Below are positions 1 through 8,629 of a stretch of 64,000 nt of DNA, piece by piece. The notes beneath the pieces are model-generated. The model made no database searches. It was not told the DNA's origin and saw nothing but the letters and a program-made list of their open reading frames with translations. The position numbers and the translations under genes are program-made. The stretch lies in the NCBI GenBank assembly GCA_049578505.1, contig JBAUMC010000084.1, positions 14,205 through 78,204 on the forward strand, in the 5' to 3' direction. The stretch's first letter is position 1, and each line of letters starts with the position of its first letter. Origin of the DNA: Bacteroidota bacterium. GTDB taxonomy: Bacteria > Bacteroidota > Ignavibacteria > UBA10030 > UBA8401.

Positions 1-603
1 TACGGTTATCGATTTCAGACGAACGGAATCCAGGAAGAGTTCGATTTTTATCCGAGAATCATGAATGGCGTCTACGGATATCTCAACTACGGATATTCAG
101 AATCCGACATCTTCCCGAAGCATCGCGCGGGAGCTGAGGTTTACGGAAAGTTGCCGATGAGCATGGAAGGATCGTTGGGACTCCGGTATCTCTATTTTGG
201 CGCACAGAGCACCGTCACAATTTACACCGGCTCGCTCGCGATCTACAACGGAAATTATTATTTCTCTTTGCGTCCTTACATTACCCCCAACGGCTCGAGT
301 TTCTCGCGGTCGATTGGACTTCTTGTCCGCAGGTATTTTAACGACGCTGATACCTATCTTTCATTGGACGGGAGTGTCGGCTTTACGCCGGACGAACGAA
401 GTGTGCTACTCTCGACGGGAGAGAATGGAAGAGAAATCTATTTTCTCAAGGCTCAGGATTTAGGAGCGGGATGGCAGTGCGCGGTGACAAATCAGTTTGT
501 CTTCTTATTGACCTTTGACGCCACGCATCAAGAGTTGAGTTTTAGTCCCGGAGAATATATCTATGACTACACCCTTTCGGCCGGGGTGAAATACAGTTTC
601 TGA
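1..603 (+). CDS. outer-membrane beta-barrel protein, C-terminal part (gene begins upstream of window; YaiO-like is a guess)
   Basis: Frame 1 is open from base 1 through the listed Met at 61. Gly/Tyr-rich with an alternating beta-strand pattern. Ends ...GVKYSF, the aromatic C-terminus typical of OM barrels. Confidence 0.55.
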   Translation, partial: YGYRFQTNGIQEEFDFYPRIMNGVYGYLNYGYSESDIFPKHRAGAEVYGKLPMSMEGSLGLRYLYFGAQSTVTIYTGSLAIYNGNYYFSLRPYITPNGSSFSRSIGLLVRRYFNDADTYLSLDGSVGFTPDERSVLLSTGENGREIYFLKAQDLGAGWQCAVTNQFVFLLTFDATHQELSFSPGEYIYDYTLSAGVKYSF

Positions 604-744
604 ACGCGATTGTGCCAGAAAACCGCAATTGAATCTACCGCAGGATAGTTAGCGCTACATCAAAACATAAGGCCAGAACCCCTGGGACTCTGGTCTTATT
701 GTAAATTTGCTCTTTCCGGATCTATCTCCTCTTGCTTACTCGTG

Positions 745-817
745 TGTCCCCAACGAGATTCGAACTCGTGTTAGAAGCTTGAAAAGCTCCGGTCCTAGGC
801 CTCTAGACGATGGGGAC
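745..817 (-). tRNA. tRNA-Glu (anticodon UUC)
   Basis: The reverse complement GTCCCCATCGTCTAGAGGCCTAGGACCGGAGCTTTTCAAGCTTCTAACACGAGTTCGAATCTCGTTGGGGACA folds as a cloverleaf. Acceptor GTCCCCA/TGGGGAC, anticodon loop TTTTCAA, T-loop GTTCGAATC. No encoded CCA. Confidence 0.93.
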
Positions 818-825
818 AGTGGTAC

Positions 826-860
826 AATTAAGAATTAATAATTATGAATTAAAATTTGAA
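826..860. repeat. phased heptanucleotide tract (5 units: aattaag aattaat aattatg aattaaa atttgaa)
   Basis: Five consecutive in-phase 7-nt units. Positions 831-852 are perfectly complementary to 910-931. Confidence 0.8.
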
Positions 861-904
861 GGGATTGAACTGCAGATTGAACCTTGATAAGAGGCCGCTA
901 TGCC

Positions 905-939
905 AATTCTTAATTCATAATTATTAATTCTCAATTAAA
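905..939. repeat. phased heptanucleotide tract (aattctt aattcat aattatt aattctc aattaaa), inverted partner of 826-860
   Basis: Five in-phase 7-nt units. Forms a 22-bp perfect AT-rich stem with 831-852, with a loop of about 57 nt. Confidence 0.8.
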
Positions 940-945
940 AACTCG

Positions 946-1020
946 GGTGGCCAGTGGGACTTGAACCCACGACCTCTAGGGCCACAACCTAGCGTTCTAA
1001 CCAACTGAACTATGGCCACC
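946..1020 (-). tRNA. tRNA-His (anticodon GUG)
   Basis: The reverse complement GGTGGCCATAGTTCAGTTGGTTAGAACGCTAGGTTGTGGCCCTAGAGGTCGTGGGTTCAAGTCCCACTGGCCACC has the extra 5' G(-1) typical of tRNA-His. Anticodon loop TTGTGGC, T-loop GTTCAAGTC. Confidence 0.93.
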
Positions 1021-1160
1021 GTGAAATGAGAAACAGAGGTGGCAACTTTTGAATCCCGCCGGCAGCTTTGCTTTGGCGGGATTCTCAATTCCGCAGAGAA
1101 TTTAGCTTTACTTCGTTCGCTAAATTGAGCGAAATTGGAACTATGGCCACCATAGATTCA

Positions 1161-1190
1161 AAAAGCCTGTCGGATTACGGACAGGCTTTT
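1161..1190. terminator. bidirectional intrinsic terminator downstream of the PAP2 gene
   Basis: aaaagcctgtc (1161-1171) pairs perfectly with gacaggctttt (1180-1190), 8-nt loop. An A-run sits on one side and a T-run on the other. Confidence 0.7.
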
Positions 1191-1236
1191 TAGCGTCATA
1201 AAAGTACGAAAAATCCTTTTGGAAGGCAAGACGTAT

Positions 1237-2202
1237 TTAGTGCAACTGCGCCGAAGTGCTTTGAGCAGCCTTCAAGTCCTTTTTAAAGTTTCTCCACCAC
1301 GCATCGATTTTCTTCCCGCTCCATACGGTGAAAAGGAAAAAAATAACTCCTGCGATGACATCAATGACGTAATGATAGCGAAGGTACACGGTCGAAATAA
1401 TAAGCAGCGAACCGGCGACAAGTAAAACCCATCGGCTTTTAAGATGATTTGTAAAGGCGATGTACAGGATGGTGAGCGTGAGCTGAGTATGACCGCTTGG
1501 GAACGCATCCCGCTGGGCATAGTCGATGGCATTCGAAGCGTTTCTGGGGATCGATTCACCCGCGTTGACAAAGTCGCGCAGAGGGCTCGTCAACCAGATT
1601 CCAGGTAAGGATTCGTCCAGTGAATGGAAATCGTGCAGCGTAAATCTTGGACCGACCGCCGGCAGCAAGAAGTAGCCGATATACGACAAATAAAATGCAT
1701 AAATAACAAGGAACGATCCCAAAAAATACTCTGTGTGGCGCTTCTCAAAACTCAATTCGAAGAATACGCTCAATAATATCAAATAATAGCTTGCGTAACT
1801 GATTTGAAGGATTTCAGTCACGAGGGGGTGTGCAAACATCGACAACCAGCGCGTCGGATCTCCGCCGAACATCCACCGGTCGACGTTGATCAGCAGCCAG
1901 TCGTAATCCTGAGGATGGATGGGGTGAACCATAAGGTACGTTTCTTTGAAAACATAAAAAATCATCGGAACCGGATACCAGTCGCGGATGTATCGGATTA
2001 GCCGTGAGCGGGTTTCCTTCGCCCTCAAAGCAAGGATCGGAATGAGACAGACAAAAAGTACATTGCATCCGGCAAGAACAAACCATTGCGGAATCACAGC
2101 AGCGAAAATAATATTCAACAACGACAGAGCGATAAGAAAAATTATTGTTGCAATATCGCTCGAGGTCAACAGCGTGATTCGGAGTCGGGAGAAAAAAATC
2201 AT
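1237..2202 (-). CDS. PAP2-superfamily integral membrane protein (AUR1/sphingomyelin-synthase-like lipid phosphotransferase motifs)
   Basis: Multi-TM protein with the motif pair PSGHT and YHYVIDVIAG (SGHT ... HYxxDV), typical of the lipid phosphate phosphatase/phosphotransferase superfamily. Its start overlaps the rsmA stop by 4 nt. Confidence 0.7.
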   Translation of the reverse strand: MIFFSRLRITLLTSSDIATIIFLIALSLLNIIFAAVIPQWFVLAGCNVLFVCLIPILALRAKETRSRLIRYIRDWYPVPMIFYVFKETYLMVHPIHPQDYDWLLINVDRWMFGGDPTRWLSMFAHPLVTEILQISYASYYLILLSVFFELSFEKRHTEYFLGSFLVIYAFYLSYIGYFLLPAVGPRFTLHDFHSLDESLPGIWLTSPLRDFVNAGESIPRNASNAIDYAQRDAFPSGHTQLTLTILYIAFTNHLKSRWVLLVAGSLLIISTVYLRYHYVIDVIAGVIFFLFTVWSGKKIDAWWRNFKKDLKAAQSTSAQLH

Positions 2203-3011
2203 CGTGCAGGACGGAGTATTTGTGGCGGTTGTTCGCCCGTCGAAAGCTCGTTCGATAGATGTACAAATTCTTCCACTGATAATTCCTCGGGGCGGCGATT
2301 AAAATCTAAAGTAGATTGTTGGAAAAAGCTTGACGGTACCTTGATTGCAAGCAAACCATTACGCAGCGTCTTCCGTCGCTTGCCGAATGTTCCCCGTACG
2401 ACTGCACGGAACATCAGGTCATCCAGCGCTCGTGAAAGACATGGCTGATCGAAATTTAACGATACCACTGCCGATGTCACCTCCGGCACTGGGCGGAACG
2501 ACCCTGGAGCAACAACAAATTTCAAATCCGGTGTTGAGTAGTATTGTGCAAATACCGACAGGATGCCGTATTCCTTCGTTCGGGGCTTCGCAACCAGCCT
2601 TTTCGCTACCTCCTGCTGCATCATAAGAGTGCAGTCCTTGATGACATCCGAAGAATCGATGACCCAGAAAAGAATAGGGCTGGTAATATTGTAAGGGATA
2701 TTTCCCACGATACGGAGCTTGCCGTTATTTTTTTTTGCGATGATATGCGGGTCAATATTCAGCACGTTGTTATGGTAGAGAGTCAATGCGTCTCCGTATG
2801 TTGCCTGTAATTCTGCGGCAAGATGATCATCGATTTCAACGGCAGTCAAGCTGGGCAATTCCGCCAGTAACAGGGCTGTCAATGCACCCTTACCGGGGCC
2901 AATTTCGAGCACACAATCTGATTTTCGAAGATTCAACGACCGGACAATTTTTCGCGCGACGTTCTGGTCGATAAGAAAGTTTTGTCCGAGAGATTTTTTT
3001 GGCCGGTTCAC
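2199..3011 (-). CDS. rsmA: 16S rRNA (adenine1518/1519-N6)-dimethyltransferase
   Basis: N-terminus KKSLGQNFLIDQNVARKIV, SAM motif LEIGPGKGALT, GNIPYNITSPIL. Classic KsgA/RsmA signatures. Confidence 0.9.
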   Translation of the reverse strand: MNRPKKSLGQNFLIDQNVARKIVRSLNLRKSDCVLEIGPGKGALTALLLAELPSLTAVEIDDHLAAELQATYGDALTLYHNNVLNIDPHIIAKKNNGKLRIVGNIPYNITSPILFWVIDSSDVIKDCTLMMQQEVAKRLVAKPRTKEYGILSVFAQYYSTPDLKFVVAPGSFRPVPEVTSAVVSLNFDQPCLSRALDDLMFRAVVRGTFGKRRKTLRNGLLAIKVPSSFFQQSTLDFNRRPEELSVEEFVHLSNELSTGEQPPQILRPAR

Positions 3012-3095
3012 TCAATGCCAATAGGATGGATATGATATCTCAGAATTCAATTGTGGAAAAATATAGCAAACTGTTGCTGGTTTGTCAACGAAAAG

Positions 3096-3204
3096 CCGCC
3101 GGCTCAGTTTATCATTACCCCTTGCCGAAGGACTCATTCGGAGGATTCCTTCGGAAGGTGGGCAAGACAATTTTTTATTCAAATTACGCCACTACTCCGC
3201 CGGC
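3096..3204. mobile_element. MITE-like element (family copy 4) with flanking 8-bp direct repeat CCGCCGGC
   Basis: The core 3104-3196 aligns with the other copies (ggctcagtttatcatt ... gattccttcggaaggtgggcaagacaattttttattcaaattacgccactact). CCGCCGGC occurs at 3096-3103 and 3197-3204. It lies in the rsmA / response-regulator divergent spacer. Confidence 0.6.
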
Positions 3205-3325
3205 ATTGGCAGGATTGATAATTCTCAGACGACTTCTTATTATATCTCGTGATTGATTCATTCCATCGCTATCTTTTGGATAAAGTCTCCGATAATTGTT
3301 ATGCAACGGTGCATAAATTCTGACC

Positions 3326-3354
3326 TTGACATTGGCTTCTCTATTAAATACTTT
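3326..3354 (+). promoter_or_regulatory. candidate sigma70-type promoter of the response-regulator gene
   Basis: TTGACA (3326-3331), 17-nt spacer, TACTTT (3349-3354), about 40 nt upstream of the ATG at 3396. Sequence match only. Confidence 0.35.
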
Positions 3355-3395
3355 TTACCAGAAAAGAAATATCACCTGAACCAAAAGGAAAAATC

Positions 3396-4061
3396 ATGAA
3401 GAAGATTCGCATAGTGATGGCCGACGACCACGATGTTGTCCGCCTTGGAATATCAGCGTTGCTCTCGACCTTTGGGGATTTTGATGTCGTCGGCCAAGCC
3501 TCCGACGGTGAAGAAGCCGTAGCCGCAGTCAAAAAATTCACTCCCGATGTCGTTATTCTCGATCTTGAGATGCCGAAAATGTCGGGGGTTGAAGCGGCCA
3601 GAATTATTAAACTCAAATATCCCCAAACGAAAATTCTTATTCTGAGCGGCTTTGAAAACGAAAAATACGTCACACAAATTCTTAAATCGGGGGCGGGCGG
3701 CTATGTTGTGAAGAATGTAGGGAAGGAAGAGTTGGCAGACGCCATTCGCGTAGTCGCGGAAGGCAAGCGATTCTTCAGTCCGACCGTCTCACGCATTATG
3801 GTCGAAGGATTGCTCAGAAAACATTCCGCTGAACTCGAGAAGCTTTCGCATATCCGCGAGCCGTTGACAGACCTTGAAATGGAAATTCTTTCCTTCCTCA
3901 CTCAGGGGCTGAAAACCGAACAAATCGGCGAACGGCTCTCGATGAGCAAGTCAACGGTCGACAAGCATTTCACTACACTCAAGAAAAAACTCGATATTTA
4001 TGATATTGTAAACCTTGTCCAGTTTGCGAAGGACTACGGTTTCGTCGTCAACAACGAATGA
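3396..4061 (+). CDS. two-component response regulator, NarL/FixJ family (REC + LuxR-type HTH)
   Basis: The receiver domain has DD at the N-terminus, DVVILDLEMP and a conserved K. The C-terminal part LTDLEMEILSFLTQGLKTEQIGERLSMSKSTVDKH is a LuxR HTH. AAGGA lies upstream of the ATG. Confidence 0.9.
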   Translation: MKKIRIVMADDHDVVRLGISALLSTFGDFDVVGQASDGEEAVAAVKKFTPDVVILDLEMPKMSGVEAARIIKLKYPQTKILILSGFENEKYVTQILKSGAGGYVVKNVGKEELADAIRVVAEGKRFFSPTVSRIMVEGLLRKHSAELEKLSHIREPLTDLEMEILSFLTQGLKTEQIGERLSMSKSTVDKHFTTLKKKLDIYDIVNLVQFAKDYGFVVNNE

Positions 4062-4068
4062 CGGGTTG

Positions 4069-5136
4069 TCAAGGTTGTTTCACAGCCGTCCATCCAGCCG
4101 ACCCGGTCAACGTTGGCCAGCCAGTTTTTTTTGCGTAAGCGCTGTAACTTCCCTCTCCTGTACCCATCGTTTTAAAATATCCGTTTAAATTCCCAGAGAT
4201 GGTAAACCCTTGATAACTTTGCGTCAAGGTTACGTTCATGCTCCCATCGCTGTTGATGAAACCTGTAAGAACGATGTTTCTTACGACTCCTATATCCTGA
4301 AATTGAATATCGATGTGGCCATTGATATCATAGCGTGTATAGATTACGCTTTTTGAGATATTGAAGTCGAAATTTTCCCCGAGCGTCGTCCCGATCCAGT
4401 TGCCGCAAATGCTGTCCGCTTCAGGGCTGAAGTACTGGTAATAATAGACATACTTATAGCGCGTCGTGGCAAGGCTGGGTTGATTTGGATTTTCGGCTGT
4501 GGCGACAATCGTTCTGTACCCCGTCATTAATCCTGTAATAATCTCCGAAAAATTTCCGTTCGCATCGTACGATACATTAGGATTGTTGTGTCCCGAACTC
4601 GCCTCAGTAATGCTCAGTTTTGCTTGGAGTTGGACGTTCCCCGTTGCGGCGATAGTGTCCCGAAATATCACAGAAGTAAGAGGCGGGTCAAGAGTCAATC
4701 CCGGGGCGGCGTTCACGGCTTTTACGTTTACCAGGAGAGGTATAGCGCTTACCGTGCCGACAGATGCGCCGATATTTGTGTATCCCGTATTGTGCGCCGT
4801 AACGATCCCATTCGAAACGGTCGCCGCTGGAGTGCTGGAAGAAGACCAGGATGCACTGTCCGACGGGATTGGCGTGGTAGTGGTGTCGGTCGTCGTCACG
4901 GTATCTGTAGCATTAGTGATGATTCCGCCATTGGATATTATTTGTGTGGAAGTGTTGATGCGCGCGCCGCGAAGGCTCAATGTTTGCGTTTCGTTCACCG
5001 CCATGGTAAGCGTATCGGGGTGAGGAAGAATTTCAAGCGATGCGAGATTGCTGGTTTGCTTTTGCTCTTGCGGCGGAGCGCATCCCAATAACCATCCCAG
5101 AACATATACACTGAAAAGAATTGAAAATGTTTTCAT
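4069..5136 (-). CDS. secreted lipoprotein with Ig-like (Big_2-type) repeat region, function unknown
   Basis: The internal Met at 5136 gives MKTFSILFSVYVLGWLLGC (signal peptide plus lipobox). Thr/Ser-rich linker and beta-rich remainder. The longest ORF extends to 5178. Confidence 0.6.
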   Translation of the reverse strand: MKTFSILFSVYVLGWLLGCAPPQEQKQTSNLASLEILPHPDTLTMAVNETQTLSLRGARINTSTQIISNGGIITNATDTVTTTDTTTTPIPSDSASWSSSSTPAATVSNGIVTAHNTGYTNIGASVGTVSAIPLLVNVKAVNAAPGLTLDPPLTSVIFRDTIAATGNVQLQAKLSITEASSGHNNPNVSYDANGNFSEIITGLMTGYRTIVATAENPNQPSLATTRYKYVYYYQYFSPEADSICGNWIGTTLGENFDFNISKSVIYTRYDINGHIDIQFQDIGVVRNIVLTGFINSDGSMNVTLTQSYQGFTISGNLNGYFKTMGTGEGSYSAYAKKTGWPTLTGSAGWTAVKQP

Positions 5137-5149
5137 GGTCGTTTGGTTG

Positions 5150-5758
5150 CTAAAAGTAGAAAATGAGGCCGCCGCCAAAATATATGCCCCCGAGGTTCGG
5201 GATTGTTTCAGTATTGTTATTAGTCAGTTTTTGCGGTGTGATGGAATACTCGATCTCCATGTCCAAATCGATAGGCCCGGCGATTTTCGGGGTAAGGCCC
5301 AACCCTAATGCGAAACCATTGTTGTCGATTGTTTGGCTGGCGGAAAGCGCATTGACAGATGGGTTTACTGTTCCAATGGTCTCTTCGGCATGATTGAAAA
5401 GATACAGCCCGTCGAGATACAAGGCCGAACCTCCGGGATGAACCCGAAGGCCCGCGAGAAGAATCTTTTGGTTCCATTGGGCCGATCCGGTTGCATCGAT
5501 ATTGGCAAGCTTCGATTGTCCGCTCGCGCTGAATATTCTGTATTTGGCGATGAGGAACGTCTCACCGTTGCCAAGCCCGAATGTGCCGGTATAGGCAAGT
5601 TTTCGGTCGGAGTAGATGGAATTAAAGTTGCCGCCGCCGTTGATGTTGAACTTCCCGGCTGAACCGCCCATTATAACTGTGAATGCTCCCGATGCGTTTT
5701 GGGAAAAAAGTTGAGAAGGGACTACACAAAAGAGAATGGCAGTAAGGAAAATTTTCAT
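5150..5758 (-). CDS. small outer-membrane beta-barrel (porin-family) protein
   Basis: The Met at 5758 gives the signal peptide MKIFLTAILFCVVPSQLFSQ. Gly-rich alternating strands and a C-terminal ...GLIFYF. The longest ORF extends to 5800. Confidence 0.65.
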   Translation of the reverse strand: MKIFLTAILFCVVPSQLFSQNASGAFTVIMGGSAGKFNINGGGNFNSIYSDRKLAYTGTFGLGNGETFLIAKYRIFSASGQSKLANIDATGSAQWNQKILLAGLRVHPGGSALYLDGLYLFNHAEETIGTVNPSVNALSASQTIDNNGFALGLGLTPKIAGPIDLDMEIEYSITPQKLTNNNTETIPNLGGIYFGGGLIFYF

Positions 5759-5842
5759 GGCAGAATCCCCGACGATTAGTAAAACCCCGAGTAACAACAC
5801 ACGATACGAGAACTTGTAACGAAGAATCGTTATCCAAAACAG

Positions 5843-7363
5843 TTATCGCGCTTGAACCATATCGCGAACCGTGTCGGTAATTCTTCTGAAATCGATCTTG
5901 CCGCTTCCCATTTTCGGAAGGTCGTCCAGGACCACGAACTGTTTAGGAAGGGCGATGTTCGGAAGGTGTTCCGACATACTCTTCAGGACATTTTTTTCGT
6001 CAATTTTTTGGGTAATCGCAGCAACAATCTTCGCTCCCCGCAAATGGTCCGGAACTTCCACCACGCAACACTGGACATCGCGAGGGAGGAATTTTTCCAA
6101 CACATCTTCGACTTTAATGAGGGAAACCATCTCGCCGCCGATTTTCATGAAACGCTTCAGTCTTCCTACATGCCAAAGATATCCGTCCTGGTCCATGTAC
6201 CCCATGTCCCCGGTATCGTACCATCCGTGGCGGATGCTCAGCGATGTTTGCTCGAAATCGTCGAAATACCCCTTCATGATATTGTCCCCCTTCACCAGAA
6301 TTTTTCCAATCTCGTTCACCTTGCATTCCTCCCCCGTTTCGTAATTTTCCATTCGCACCTGAACGTTTGGAATTACCTTGCCCACACTTCCCGGCCTGTT
6401 GTTGCTGTGAGTGTTGACCGTAATTGCCGGGCTTGTTTCAGTGGCTCCGTATGCCTCAAGTAGAACGATCCCGTGCTTCTCCATGAACCCCTGGCGAAGC
6501 CCTTCAGGGCATTTATCCGCGCCGGTAATCATGATACGCACGGATGAAAAATCTCCCGGTTCCGATTTATTCAAGTAACCCATGAAAAATGTCGGAGTTC
6601 CCACCATCAACGTCACTTTTTCTTCCCTGGCAATGGTGCAAATAGCTTTAAAATCAAGAGGATTCGCATATGTCACCATCGTCATCCCAAAATAAAGAGG
6701 CGCCCATAAGTTTGCGGTCTGGCCGAAAATATGGAAATACGGAAGGTTCGCAAGAAACGTATCGGTTGCCGCAAGTCCGTACACTTTTTCAAGCCCTTCA
6801 ATATTGGAGACAATATTGCGGTGGGTAAGTTGAACGGCCTTCGGGTCCTTCTCGCTTCCGCTCGTGAACAGGATAAAGAGTGTGTCGTTCTCATCTCCGC
6901 CATGAATTTTTCTTAGGATATTCTGTGCGGGGAGTTTCGATTTTAGGGCGGCTTTGATTTTATCGAACATTGACATGCCGGCCATGATATCTTCGATAAA
7001 TACCATGCCGTCGACCTTGCGGCAGTTAATTTTTTCGAGCAACGCCTTCGACGTGATGATGGTCTTGAACTCGCATTTTTTTTGAGCGTACTCGGCATTT
7101 GCCGCTGCACCGGTTGAATAGTTAACCATGACCGGGATCCTGCCGCTCATCAACGCTCCAAGAACCGATAAAGCACAACCTGCGGAGGTCGGGATCATAA
7201 TCCCGATAAACCCCTCATCGTACTTTTTGAATTTTTCGGCGAGAATAAGCGCGGCGACAAGCGCTTTCCCGTACGTAATTTTTCTGTTCATCGTCCGGTC
7301 GACGATGGCGATTTTGGTTTCGTATTGCTTGGCGATGCGGACGAATTGGTGGTGAAGAAGCAT
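5843..7363 (-). CDS. AMP-dependent synthetase/ligase (Aas-type acyl-ACP / acyl-CoA synthetase-like)
   Basis: AMP-binding motifs FTSGSEKDPKAVQLTHRNI, GYGATETS-like EAYGATETS, WYDTGDMG, and a C-terminal GKIDFR. Confidence 0.85.
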   Translation of the reverse strand: MLLHHQFVRIAKQYETKIAIVDRTMNRKITYGKALVAALILAEKFKKYDEGFIGIMIPTSAGCALSVLGALMSGRIPVMVNYSTGAAANAEYAQKKCEFKTIITSKALLEKINCRKVDGMVFIEDIMAGMSMFDKIKAALKSKLPAQNILRKIHGGDENDTLFILFTSGSEKDPKAVQLTHRNIVSNIEGLEKVYGLAATDTFLANLPYFHIFGQTANLWAPLYFGMTMVTYANPLDFKAICTIAREEKVTLMVGTPTFFMGYLNKSEPGDFSSVRIMITGADKCPEGLRQGFMEKHGIVLLEAYGATETSPAITVNTHSNNRPGSVGKVIPNVQVRMENYETGEECKVNEIGKILVKGDNIMKGYFDDFEQTSLSIRHGWYDTGDMGYMDQDGYLWHVGRLKRFMKIGGEMVSLIKVEDVLEKFLPRDVQCCVVEVPDHLRGAKIVAAITQKIDEKNVLKSMSEHLPNIALPKQFVVLDDLPKMGSGKIDFRRITDTVRDMVQAR

Positions 7364-7373
7364 CCTTTTTCTT

Positions 7374-7616
7374 TCATTGATCGCAGTGTGAAGTCAGCTC
7401 TCTGTCTATAACCTTGCTTGTATCGAAAAGCATTTGCGCCGAGCACTTGTCGCGGTAGATGCCGGCATTGAGAACTGACCGTGCGAGGTAATCACGCGGC
7501 GGTAAACAGTGGAAAAATTTAATAGACTTTCCTGTGAATGGCAAGTAATATTTTAGCGCGGATGTTTCCCGCCATGCCTTCGGTAGGGCGATGTTTGGAA
7601 CCGTGCCCAAATGCAT
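7374..7616 (-). CDS. hypothetical small protein (doubtful)
   Basis: 80-aa ORF ending 10 nt before the ligase start on the same strand. No recognisable motif. Confidence 0.25.
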   Translation of the reverse strand: MHLGTVPNIALPKAWRETSALKYYLPFTGKSIKFFHCLPPRDYLARSVLNAGIYRDKCSAQMLFDTSKVIDRELTSHCDQ

Positions 7617-7674
7617 CGTTATTTTTTGAGCTCTTCATGAATTTTCCGCGAACAGGTGTTGAACATCCTTGTCG

Positions 7675-7764
7675 AGTAGTGGCTTAATTTGAATAAAAAA
7701 TTGTCATACCCACAGTCCGAAGGGATGCCACCGGTACGCGGGAATGACAAATTGAGCCAGCACC
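7675..7764. mobile_element. MITE-like element (family copy 1)
   Basis: agtagtggcttaatttgaataaaaaattgtcataccca ... cgcgggaatgacaaattgagccagcacc. The termini are inverted relative to each other. Flanks ccttgtcg / ctttatcg match at 6 of 8 positions. Confidence 0.6.
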
Positions 7765-7795
7765 CTTTATCGGGTAGTGCTCAAGTTTGAAATAG

Positions 7796-8629
7796 TTAAG
7801 CCGCTATTTTTTGTGCTTGCCATGTCAGTAAGTCAGTCCAATTCCAGATTCGGTTTGTGATTCCGGCCTCCATCGCTGGCGTAACTCGCAGGCTTTGATG
7901 GATGCGGATGAAATTGTACGCATAAAAGTGAATAGCGATTGCCGCTTTATGGTTTTCTAACTTCTTGCTGAATGCGTTAGTGAGCCGTGTGAAGCGTCGC
8001 ATGTTCATTCTCATTGTGAGGTTCTGCCGTTCAATGTGGCTTGTACTGATTCTCTTTCGTCGGGGTTCTCCGGTGATCGGCTTTATTATTACCCTCACGA
8101 TCTGAGCCGGTGAATATCTCCGTTCGCCCTTCATATCCTCTCTGTATTCCTTGTGAACCATACCGAAATCAATATCATTCCCGAATACATCATCTACCGC
8201 GCTGTAATAGCCTGCAAAGGCATCTGTGGAGAGTTGGAAACGGTTCTTGATTCGGTATTGTAAGTCTCGCATGAACGCTGTGGCATAGTGAGCACTGCGT
8301 TTACCTACAAGAAACGACGGGACGAGTTTTGTTTCTGAATCAATGGCAACAAATACGTATTGATCTCCCTTTTCCTCGCTGTCAAACGGATTGAGTTGTT
8401 TCTGCTTTTTCTGCACATAGCTCCAAATCTCATCAACCTGGATAAAGTTCGATTGCAGGTTCACCATCTGAGTGTCGAGAATCTCTTGAGCCTTCTCTCC
8501 GGCATCGACTAACAGCTTGAGGATTGTAGGCTGGCTCACGCCCGTAATGCGGGACGTTGCCCGTACTGATTGACCCTCTGTAAGAAGCGTAAGAACCATA
8601 ACTTTCTTTTCGATTGGTAAATTGTTCAT
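7796..8629 (-). CDS. IS1-family DDE transposase (single ORF, N-terminal HTH)
   Basis: HTH SVRATSRITGVSQPTILKLL. DDE region motifs VDEIWSYVQKK, YVFVAIDSETKLV, STDAFAGY and HIERQNLTMRMNMRRFTRLTNAFSKKLENH resemble IS1 InsAB'. The stop lies 3 nt from the IR. Confidence 0.8.
   Translation of the reverse strand: MNNLPIEKKVMVLTLLTEGQSVRATSRITGVSQPTILKLLVDAGEKAQEILDTQMVNLQSNFIQVDEIWSYVQKKQKQLNPFDSEEKGDQYVFVAIDSETKLVPSFLVGKRSAHYATAFMRDLQYRIKNRFQLSTDAFAGYYSAVDDVFGNDIDFGMVHKEYREDMKGERRYSPAQIVRVIIKPITGEPRRKRISTSHIERQNLTMRMNMRRFTRLTNAFSKKLENHKAAIAIHFYAYNFIRIHQSLRVTPAMEAGITNRIWNWTDLLTWQAQKIAA

Noticed and set aside
1005-1156. The duplicated tRNA-His end as an attachment site of an integrated island or prophage
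   Set aside because: The duplicated segment is the 5' end of the tRNA, not the 3' end. The repeats are only 118 bp apart, and no integrase or foreign gene block lies between or beside them. It is kept only as a small-insertion scar.
2999-3256. 85-aa ORF in the rsmA / response-regulator spacer
   Set aside because: It overlaps the rsmA start and runs through MITE copy 4. It has no start context or motif.
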